DNA of 63,793 bases, counting the filler, from Lenisia limosa (Eukaryota > Protista > Breviatea), in assembly GCA_001655205.1 (NCBI GenBank). It is 11 parts of 11 records of this genome, joined end to end, with 100 filler letters (N's around TTAATTAATTAA, not from the genome) between each part and the next. Parts side by side here need not be neighbours in the genome. Positions count along the whole stretch, not along the records: positions 5,425 to 36,610 come from LPNZ01009409.1; 10 more parts are not named here. One strand, written 5' to 3'. Under the pieces are notes generated by a model. It was not told the origin of the DNA, did no database searches, and saw nothing but the letters and a program-made list of their open reading frames with translations. The stretch's first letter is position 1, and every line of letters starts with the position of its first letter. The position numbers and the translations under genes are program-made. Below, piece after piece: positions 13,801-24,105 of this stretch.

Positions 13801-14701
13801 GATAATTAATTAGTAATAATTCTTGAATATGAAAGGTCACGAATATAGTGACTACTATGAACAATTCTAAATTAATTATACTCAAATATATCATATGTAT
13901 ATCATATCGATATATAATCGATATATACCAGCAGATTTCGACTCAAGATGAGTGTAACCCACTTGAACAGGACAAACGCATCAGACTCCCTCTCAGTGAT
14001 AGTGAGAATGCGAAGGCTGCTCCGATAAAAATTCGTTGAAACGTCCACTAAACGAAGATAGTCCTCTGTGAGGGGGAATGCTGGGGGGTGAGATAGTCCT
14101 CTGTGAGGGGGAATGCTGGGGGGTGAGATATCCTGTACTATTTCGCCACTCAATACATAAAGACCAGCAGAGAATCAGGAAGATCAATTAACATAAAAAA
14201 AAATTGACTTCGAGTGACTATTTGACCCATCAACATACATGGAAGACCAACGCGCATGCCTCCAGCCCGCACACGGAGAATTAAATCCACGTTAGAATCA
14301 ACAATCGTGAATTCTGGTTAAAAAAAAAAACAAGGTACTAAAAGGGTTGTCAAGGTACGAAGCAATTTGTCTCCACATATCAACATTAAATCCCGAAATC
14401 TTGGTACCTGATATCATGAGCATTCAGAGTATAATAAGTTTTTGTTATAAAGTTTGACATGCTCCCCATTACCCTGGTCACTGTGAGAGACATTGCAGAA
14501 GGGAGGGTCATGAGTCAGGACCACTTCAATTGTGTCATTGACGCCGTCTGAGCCAATGTGCATTGGAAACTCCACTTCACCTTCAAATATTGATGGTGAT
14601 GCTGTGGCAGTTTTCAAAAGAAATAAAGGCACGTAAAAGGACTGGGCAGCTATTGTTGCTGTGATGCTTAGCAGAAGCAACAACAAGACCTTGAGAAACA
14701 T
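10830..14701 (-). CDS. Probable multi-exon secreted or type II membrane protein of unknown function
   Basis: ATG at 14701 is followed by hydrophobic MFLKVLLLLLLSITATIAA. Several GT-AG-bounded open segments lie downstream (e.g. EFTIVDSNVDLILRVRAGG, EDYLRLVDVSTNFYRSS, FSALLNKEIVAIVHDEG, NPFPNPDQYHAVDEAISLK). The exon chain was not fully resolved and may be more than one gene. Confidence 0.4.
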
Positions 14702-15083
14702 GCTGCACCAGGAAGAGAACAACAAATAACTCCAATGATCACGATTTGTTTAGGTTTTCAGTAAATTAATATTTTTTGTATTTATTTTCTGTTTTTTTTT
14801 ACATTATATATGCAAAAAGTGGAAAAAGGAGGATCGATGGGAAAGGGTAGAATGGTGAGAAAAAAGAAAAACGGAAAAAAAAAGCCACCCGGGTACACTC
14901 GGGGTTAAAACACAATGTGTTATGTGGTAAATTCATACTTCCTCTTATTCTAATATCGTATTGAACTGAACAGAACTGAACTATTTTATTATTTAAGCTT
15001 TGATTCCCCTTTTTTTTGTTCCTCTTCCTATTCCCATTTGGATTGAAAAGGTATGTTGGTTAACTTTTATATTGCTTGAGAAT

Positions 15084-15170
15084 GTCTGTGACGAATAGCT
15101 TATCTGAGTGTGTGCATAACGATCAATACATGCCTCCCACTGATGCTTTCTAACGCTTGGCTACTGAGAT
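15084..15170 (+). ncRNA. Box C/D snoRNA candidate 1 (LSU rRNA guide)
   Basis: Box C GTGACGA 15088-94; CTGA at 15140 and 15164. The D guide AACGCTTGGCT (15152-62) is complementary to conserved LSU AGCCAAGCGUU. Confidence 0.7.
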
Positions 15171-15291
15171 TACTTGCTTCCTCATCAAAATATGTCTTTC
15201 AAATTCCCTCTCACTTTTTTCAGGAAGAGCGGCGGTCTCTGACCCGCACCAACTCTGGAGGTGAGCTTCATCAATAACCGTACTATTCTTC

Positions 15292-15366
15292 TGCCTGTGA
15301 CGATAAAACATGTTCATCACACCAATGACAACTGATTATTAAAACATGCACCACCAACTGACGGCA
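15292..15366 (+). ncRNA. Box C/D snoRNA, snR55/U33-like (SSU Um1269 yeast numbering)
   Basis: Terminal stem TGCC/GGCA, box C GTGACGA 15297-303, box D CTGA 15358-61. The guide CATGCACCACCA is complementary to SSU UGGUGGUGCAUG, and the D+5 rule lands on the U equivalent to yeast U1269. Confidence 0.85.
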
Positions 15367-15505
15367 TCATTTCTTATTAACATTTTCCAACTCGGATCCT
15401 CTTCTTATTATTTTAGCGAACCGCTCCAACCACTCAAATGAGTGACCAATCAGCAGTCCAATATTCTAATTGTAAGCCACATGAACTTTTCCTTCTTTCG
15501 TCCCC

Positions 15506-15591
15506 ATTGATGATGAGACTATACGACGGTATATGAAGTGTTCTACTGTTTATTATGACAGTGGTTACCTGATTTTAAAGCCTTCTGAAAT
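15506..15591 (+). ncRNA. Box C/D snoRNA, snR79-like (SSU Cm1007 yeast numbering)
   Basis: Box C ATGATGA 15510-16; guide TACGACGGTAT (15522-32) complementary to SSU AUACCGUCGUA, followed by D' ATGA; terminal box D CTGA 15585-88. D'+5 falls on the second C of AUACCG. Confidence 0.8.
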
Positions 15592-16136
15592 TCCTTTTTA
15601 AAATTCACCTAATTCCTCTTTAACCTCATTAACGTATTTAGATTTAAAGCCGTCTCGCATGCGTCAGAAGTTGCCTAGTAGTATTTCTATTAATACACAT
15701 CTATTTAGTCATACACCGATTTTCTGGATTTGTTTTTTAAAAAAAGAGAGTCGGTTTTGTTGCCAGAATCGTGGGGCAGCAGACTGACAGTGAACGTAAA
15801 AAAATTTGGGAAAACCAAAAAGAGTAGATGCCTCCTGGGAATTGTATATTACATAAATGGTTGACTGCGAGTTATTGATTTTTGGATGTTACGTCGTTCG
15901 ATTTGTTTTGATACCCATGATATATTAGATATGCACGCCATTCACTGCTTGGAAAGGCTTCAAAGAAAGGCCAGTAAATTGTAATGTACAAACAAGAAAT
16001 CCATTGGAAAAGAGAAACTTACTACTGTCAAACCGAAAATCAAAGCTTACATGCCTAAATCGTGAATCCAGAAAGAATTTTCAAAAATGTATGAACATTT
16101 TAAAGAACCTCCCAGCAATCATGACATGAAAATACT

Positions 16137-16973
16137 TCATAGTCTCATCCACATACGAGGGGGCATTTGAGGCATTTGAGGCATCTGGGGCATTCCCATG
16201 GGCATGCCACGGCCTAAAAAAAATGTCAAACAATCCTCATAACAGCATCGATGCAAAGAGGCAAGCTAACCTTGAGGCATCATAGCGGCAGCGGCGGGGG
16301 CACCAACACCAGGGGCAGCGCCAGTCAAACCCTGAAAGCTCAGAAAGGTTGCAGAAAGGGAGAAAAGAAACTGCGAATGGATTACGTACCCTGACATACC
16401 TGAGGAGCCTGAGCAGCAGTAGCGGCAGGGGGAAGACCACGACCAGCGGGACGACCCTGACCAGGGAGTACCGCAACAGCTGAACAAAGGTCAGTCCTGC
16501 TCCAACAAAAACCAGCAAAGGGTTACAATTCAAAAGCGTTTCCTTATTGTGACCAACATACCAGCAGGGTTAACTCGAGCCTTGGCTGAATCGTTGGGAG
16601 GAGGACCGAACACTGATAGAGAGACGATTGTATCACCACGAACAATCACAAATCCGACTGTTCTCTTCTCCTCACGCTCTTTGCCGTTCTTAGGCTTAAG
16701 TTTCCTGGGAAAAGGTAAGGAGAGGCAAAGAAGAAGTATCACAAACCTGTACTCATCAGTATCTGCCATTACGATGTTCATATGACGATCAAATGCCATG
16801 AATTTGCCAATCAGAACCCTGCCGTCAACCATCGTGGCTTTCATACGATAGTTCACGTAGCTCAAGAATTTTGAAGACTTAGTCATTGCCTGTAGTGTTA
16901 TTAAACGAATCAAATAACAAAAAAAGCAGGTCTGATGCAAAGTTCCCTCAAAAAAATCCAAACTTCTTACCAT
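16137..16973 (-). CDS. SNRPB: Small nuclear ribonucleoprotein-associated protein B (SmB), multi-exon
   Basis: ATG|gtaag then AMTKSSKFLSYVNYRMKATMVDGRVLIGKFMAFDRHMNIVMADTDEYR...EKRTVGFVIVRGDTIVSLSVFGPPP, followed by a Pro/Gly/Met-rich tail (GRGMPMGMPQMPQM). Confidence 0.95.
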
Positions 16974-17374
16974 TTTGAACGGTATCTAAAGAAAAACGAT
17001 GAAACAACACAAAGAGACAAGATCAAGACAGATGAAAACGTTAAAGAGGATGAAATCGGAAAAACACAAAGATTAAATAATAGTTAAACCTGGGGGAGGG
17101 GGTGGGTCACAGACATCATTCTTGCAGGTTGTTTTTGATTTTTTGGGTCCAATCCAGTTTGAATCCAGTTATATATTATTTTAAAAATTAGAACGGTTAA
17201 AGAAACAACATTGAAGCCAAAAGGTGACAATCAAATTTGAATATCCTGCCTCTCACCAATTCTGCCTAACCTCTCCTTAGCGTGCACTAATAAATAATAA
17301 TCACTATAAATTGACACTACTAAATTCAAAAAATTGTCAAAAAAAAACATCTGGGAAGTTGCTTATACTCAAAC

Positions 17375-19598
17375 ATGAGTTTTGATGATCATTGTGGCTC
17401 TTTGGGTGCCAATATGTACCCAGATCAGTTGGTGGGGTACCAATTCTTGGAAAAACTGGATAGATATAGTTATAGAAGGAGGCGTTTGGTTTAATCATCA
17501 TAAGTTGTGTTTTCTATCTTCCCCCTTTGTAGACGTATGATGGAGATCCTAATCCAGCAGGTCTCCCGGGTTTTCCCACGGCTACGTACCGGAATCACAG
17601 GGCACCAGACAGCAACCGAATATTCTCCTAATGGGATTGAGACGGTGGGAGCATGTTCACTCCTTTGCTTTGATCACCAATATGCTCTTTATATTCCGAT
17701 TGAATGCAAGATGGGGGGGGGGGGGGNNNNNNNNNNNNNNNNNNNNNNNNNNNNNNNNNNNNNNNNNNNNNNNNNNNNNNNNNNNNTAAACAATAGCTTC
17801 AGGTAAATATTTAACAGGGTGCACCCGTGTACCTCATTTCCAAGGTCTGGCAAGTCGTCTATCCAGAGGGTGGTCTTCGAGAAAATGTCCCCAAACGAAA
17901 CACAATACCTTGAAAGCACTTCGAAAATCGACAAATCAAGTGGGGGCCTTGTTTTGTTTTGACTTCCTTTGAACATTATTCCAGATCAGAAATGCAGAAT
18001 TCCATAATGGTTGTAGAAGTAGAGCACAGCAGCTTCGTGCAATTCCAGATCTGGGATATCCCGGGCCAGCTGGACCATTCTGACCCGAAAGTCTTCAATG
18101 CCGAGCGAATGTTTTCTTCTTGCGGTGCCGTAGTGTTCGTTATTGATGCGCAGGTATGCTGGAGCTCAGTGTCATTTATGTGTTTATACTATATCATAGT
18201 AATATATGATACTATGTCTTGGACTTCAAAATAAGTACACCCAATATCACCTGTGGTCCATTACCAACATTAGGACGAATACAACAGTGCGATCGAGAAA
18301 CTCCAGCACACCATCCGGTCTGCGTATCAGATCAACAAGGACATCTCCTTTGAGGTTTTTGTGCATAAGGTTGATGGCCTCTCTGACGACCACAAAATCC
18401 GTAGGGAGGCATTTTGCGTTTGTATTTCTCTTAATAATTGGTAACAGTACGTAACGTTTTAGAATGCCAAAGAGACATTCAGGGCCAAGTTGAGGACGAG
18501 CTCCTTGGTGTGGGCTTCTCTCCCATTCTGAACTTCTATCTGACTTCGATTTACGACCACTCGTGGGGAGGGGGGGGGTACTAGCCTGGCATAAAACCCT
18601 AAGAATAACTACATTGCCAATATGTTGGATAGGTTTATAGAAGGCTGAACTCTGAATTGTGAGGAATGACGTGGTAATACAGCAACTGCATACCCTTTGT
18701 TAACGAGATAGAGGGTGTAGCTTCGCCAGGTACACAACCTCTTTTATAGTATTGATAATTTAGAATTTTTGAGGCTTTTTCGAGGGTCATCCAAGGCCTC
18801 CTCCCCCAAATTGAAACTCTTGAAAATCTTCTTGATAACCTGAACGAGGTGGGAGGGTAATCAAGTTCATTAATGTGCATAATTACATACAATTTCTGGA
18901 TAGTATCTTTTTGAACCTCTCTGTTTAACACTACAGAAATGTGGAATGGAAAAGTCCTTCTTATTTGATGTGTCAAGGTTTGTGGATATTATTATTTTAA
19001 ATTGACGGTCAAAAATTTAGACCTTGGTTTCAATCTTTTCCTCTCACATCTTCAGTAAGGTCTATGTGGCCACCGATTCCTCCACAGTGGAACTACAGAA
19101 GTACGAAGTCTGCAGTGATCTTGTGGATCTGCTGTTTGATATTGCTTACATCTACGGCGGCGGCGATGATGATGAACTGAACTACGTGGCAAACTCCTCG
19201 GCTGTCGTTCGTCTCAGCAACGGTCCGCGGAGGAGCTGGTCTTCGGATAATATGCATTTTCGGGCCTGTCAATTTGAATGATCAGAAATGGGAAAGGGAG
19301 TATTATTTCTTAAACTAAATGTCTGTCTAATTTGATACCCCACTGACCCTTCAGGCTATATCCTCCTCTTGATTGAGGTCTCAGAGTACTTGGCGCTTGT
19401 GTCCATTATTCGAGCTGACACTTTCGATAATAGCAAGGGTTGGGGGTTGAGTCTCTAATTGATTTACTGTCAGAAACAGCCTGTCATTTTATTCCTTTTG
19501 AATGTCTCGCATTTCTCACCCTCCCTCCAGGCCTCATCCTGAGCAATATGAAGTCATTTAAGGAGGGCGTGTGTGAACTATTTGAGACTGACATTTAA
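17375..19598 (+). CDS. RRAGC: Ras-related GTP-binding protein RagC/D (Gtr2), multi-exon
   Basis: [72 protein letters not shown] and KVYVATDS...YEVCSDLVD; stop TAA at 19596-98. Confidence 0.95.
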
Positions 19599-19716
19599 GT
19601 ATTTCAGCCGCAAGATGCATCTTCACTCCTGGTTATTTGCCACAAAACATAATCGAAAATTAATATAAATATTTTAACACCAGTCACTTAAATAAATGCA
19701 TCAAATAAACAAAACA

Positions 19717-22700
19717 CTATGCACTTTCACCATGTTTCCTTAAGAACCTTTCCCTCGCTTGCTGCTTCAGTAACTGCTGTCTTTCTCGAAGGTTCTGTGC
19801 GCGTTTCTGCGCAGTCTACATAATAAAAAGGAGAGGGGCTTCAACTGTGAAAAACACCCATCTCAAAAGATCACCCACTCCAGCAAAGGATGATGACTGC
19901 GGTCGTGATGGCGATGAAAGGGGGGAGGCTTGAGGGGCTGGACGATGAGAAGGAGGGTGGGGGGCAAATTTGCAGTAAGAGGTACACATGACCGTAAAAA
20001 AGGAATACAGTCTTGGGTTTGGTGCAATTATTGAATTGTGGACAGGTGATATGAGCAGAAGATGCTTAAAAAAAACACACACACACAACATACAGGGTTG
20101 GGTAGGAGGGGTTGGTGAGACCGGGGCAGGGGCAGACTCTTGGGAGTGTGTTGCTTCTTCTTCAGGGACACTCTACAGTGTAAAGTGTTGCTATTTCAAG
20201 TAGTGGGTAGTTACGCTGAATCGTCCTTCAATACCACGAAGCAAGAAGATAGCCCGCAAACACTTTGCAAAAGAGCGCCTGCTGCCCTTTCAACGTTATT
20301 GTTGTTTTCTTGTAGCGCCACTTGGAGACGAGCTGCTGTGAATTGCGGAAAAATGTTCTGCAAATATTGCTTGAGGAGTCAAAAAAGGGAAGAAAGTATC
20401 CCCACCAGGTCTTTGTTCTCCAAAGTTTCCGTAGCAGGTTGCGACTCCAAACTCAATCGGCACGTGGGGCATGTGGTCTGGGGGGATAGTGATAAAATGG
20501 CTGGGCATGTGAGGGCTTTGAGGCGTATTCTCCATGTTCTTAAATATTGTCTTACTAAACGTAAAAACCCATGCAAGTTAATCATGTAGCTGCTTACCTC
20601 CTCTCTAAAAACATACAATTTGATTAAATAATATCAGGGCCCCCTTTTCCACACAACACGTCCCACCTGATGCTCCACCCAGCCTCTCAGACAAGCCAAA
20701 TGGAACAAATGGCTGCATGGCAGTTTCTTGATGCACGAAGTACCATAAACTAGGTCCTCACGACAAATGGCGCAGGTGTCCGCGTAACTATTTCGTGAAA
20801 CTTTGTCAGTGTGAGAAAAATCGACGTTTAAAATTGTGTGAAGTCTGTTTCATATCATAGTGAAGTAGCAGTACAGTGGGATTTCGCCCCCCAAATATCA
20901 TTATCATACCCCCTCACTCTGTGACGTCACTCTCGGAAGCGTCAGGGAACTGCGACTTCAGATTATACATGGCTCGTCGGAATGACTTGTAGGACTGGAA
21001 CTTTCGGAGCAAATTTGTTGTAACCGCCTGATGAATAAATGAAACAAAAAGACCAAGGGGGGGGGGGGGNNNNNNNNNNTTCCCTACGGTCCCAAAAAAG
21101 ACCGAATCTCTCGATAAATCCTCGATAAATATTGATATTTTGACGGACCGTAGGGGAAGCCCTATCCATATACCCCTCCCCCCCTCACTGTTTCTCTTCC
21201 GGCCGATCTTGGATCATCAATTCCTCCGGTGAAGCCAAGGTCACGTGACCATCTGTCGACACGCAAATCAGCAAACTAGCATCGTCATTGAAACACGCCC
21301 GAACCGTAGGGTGGAGCTTATTCTGTGCGGGTGAGGAAGGATTGTAGGGGGGGACGAAGGAAATTTTGATGATGAATATTGGCGTAAAGGTACTAATCAC
21401 AAACCGAATAATCTGAAACTCCAAACAAACAAAAAACAAGCAATAACAAACACGAGCAACCAACACACGAGGGATGAAAAAAAAAAACCTGCATTCCGCA
21501 TCCCATCACTCCAGCGTACATAAAAATAGAAATGGAAGAAAAATAACTGAATTTGTCTCACGTTGATGTGAAAGATGACAATAACGTATGAAGATAGAAT
21601 CAACTCTAATACAACAGGAATCAAACAGATTGGAAAAGCCAAGAAGAGGTGAAAAGGATAATATGGTTCTATAATATTTTTCAACTAGTATAATCATGTA
21701 CTAGCTATGTAATATATATGATATATATCATATATGTATGTACATGTATAATATATATATATACATACAATAACCGGGATAAGTCATGACCGATTTTTCA
21801 TGGGAAATCATAGAGCAAATTGGTCAAGACTTATCCCGGGCAGTGTCTATTTAGGAATAGTTGCATATTCTTAAAGGCCTACTTTGACGTTCAAAAAGAG
21901 GGCAATATCCACGACGCTGAAAGAATCGAATCCCTTGTAGAAGAGAAGGTGCAGTAAATGGACTACAACGTCAGCATTGATCGTTTGGTTCTCTATTATT
22001 CTCCAATGTAACTAAAACACTTACGTAAAGTCAGGCCGAAGACGAGAGACTCACAGACAAACTCGGTGTAGAAAATTAGGTTCCCCCTAAGGTAATAAGA
22101 CTGGATTTCAATGGAAAGAATCGATACTCGCCTCCATTTGACAATTATAAACTTCAAAGTTCAATTCAACTTCCATTGTAGCTTAAAAAATACAACCAGG
22201 AGCATAAATAGTGCAAAATTTCAAAAATAAGCGCGACTTTGAAAAAAGAAACCATACTGCACGCAGACATACCTGACATCCCAACTTTGTCCTCGTGCCG
22301 ATTTGGAGAGGTCAATGAGGTGGATGCTGATCTTGATGGCAGTTTGCGCAGTATCAATGAGAATTGTGAAGGTCTAAGAGCATCAAGGAGTACGTACAGA
22401 AATGAGAAATTTGTCCAAAGTATGACCTGAACCGCTATCATATCAGATGGAATAACTCCAACATGGAAACCAGACTTACCTCCAATTGAGTCAGAAGTAA
22501 GTAAGAATAACCAGCGTCGAGAAGGGAGATCCAGCAGAACCCTCCGATGATGATGTCGAAAAAGGCAATAACTCCCAAAAAGGACAGCAGGCGATAGTAT
22601 GTCGCCACTACCGTGTTTGGAAAGAGAGAAAGCTGGGACATCAAACAGAAACGGGTTATATCCTCTGAAAATATATATCCATATTATATCCATATTATTC

Positions 22701-23430
22701 TTTCCTGTTTTTTATATTTATGCCAAGAGCTTTTGAATTGAAAACCGGCTTACATAATCAAATCTATCCCGGACGGCAAGAGACCAGAGCCGAACTGATC
22801 CACATAAGCAGAAGAATACTCCCCTAGAAATGTCAAAAAAGTATAAAATTAAGGGTCTCATTGAAGTAAACTCACAAAAGTGTCATATCAGAAGTTCTGT
22901 CTGAATCACTTCAATATTTAAAGAGAAGCAAATCCTACCCAGTTACCAAGCAGCGTATTCGACAAGGAAGCCTTTAGGGACTATGGCAAGAATGAAGAAC
23001 ACGCGGAACACAGTGTATGATGTCAGTCGCTTGACAAAGAGCTGTACGCGTGATGGGGAGTTGAGGGGTTGTGAAGTAAGTATACAAACAAAGCAGCTAT
23101 TGTAACAACCAACTTAGAAACGATAACAAAAGGTTGCGTTAGGCTGATGGCATCCGCTTACATCTCTTTCCTGTCTCCTGTAACTAAAGAAGCAGTAGGA
23201 CTCAATGAACTTATGCAGACCAACAAGGGACGTCATGAACGCCATCCAGAAGACCTGGGGTGTCAACACTGAAATCGCATATCCCACAACAAACCATAAT
23301 CAAGGAGGGGGAAGTCTTAATAAAATGAAAGGTGCCAGTCCACCCATACTCCTCGTACATGTCATAACACCTAATCGTTAAGGAATACTCTTGCCGATAC
23401 CAATGATTGTAAAAAAACGACAAACTCATC
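19717..23430 (-). CDS. AMFR: gp78/AMFR (RIN2)-type ERAD E3 ubiquitin ligase: TM region, RING-H2, CUE, G2BR-like tail; 5' end unresolved
   Basis: TM exons (RLTSYTVFRVFFILAIVP; YRLLSFLGVIAFFDIII); FRRAMYNLKSQFPDAS; RING-H2 CAICREDL...KKLPCSHLFHLACLRGWVEHQTTCPTCR; CUE YLQNIFPQFTAARLQVALQENNNNVERA; C-terminal AQKRAQNLRERQQLLKQQARERFLRK. Confidence 0.85.
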
Positions 23431-24105
23431 TTTGACTTCGCATTTCAGAACATATGATACGGAAATACAATATCCCAAATCAAAGCCTTTCTACTTAAGA
23501 AGTATTCCCAGATCCCGCACACCTAAAGTATGCCAAAACAGTGGCCAATAACACTATGATTGTTACCACATTCGGATGGAAAAAGAGGAACAGTGACCTT
23601 TCCCAAGCCATTGCAATTCAACCTTCAATCCTAAATTCACATAAGACCTTCACATGTTTCCTTCAATTACTTATAGAAGTCGACTAAAGATGACTTACAC
23701 GCCAACCTTTTGGGGAGTGATTCTCTTACTCTGAAGTTGTGTGGTACCAAAGACCTACTCCATTCTCATGCAAAAATAATAACTCTAGATACTAAGCACT
23801 GACTGAGTTGGCTAAAAAGGCCTTAAAAAAAGGCGGGTGGTGCTGGCAGGATGAGAGATCATTAGATCAGTTACATTTTAAAAAAAAATCCAAAAAATCT
23901 CTCTCCTCCAGGCTGCATTTGTAATGAATCAAAACTACTAAGGTGATACTAATCAACACATGTTTAGAACAGGAAAAAAAGTGTCATAAGTTGTCATTAC
24001 CTGAACTTCCAAACTTGGAGGTTCCCCTTTTATCTTCCTAGTTCCGTTTATCAATAGAAACAAGCTCACGCAAGAGTCAATCTACCCATTATCTCCAAAT
24101 TCGAA

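Larger units (their letters stand above)
15000..15700 (+). ncRNA. Spliced non-coding snoRNA host transcript (three introns, each with a box C/D snoRNA)
   Basis: Donors at 15051 (GTATGT), 15261 (GTGAGC) and 15472 (GTAAGC); acceptors at ~15223, ~15416 and ~15641. The short exons have no ATG-led ORF. Ends are approximate. Confidence 0.65.

Noticed and set aside
20140-20589. Plus-strand ORF with a FYVE-like CGKMFCKYC
   Set aside because: Antisense to the AMFR CUE and RING exons; the rest of a FYVE motif is absent.
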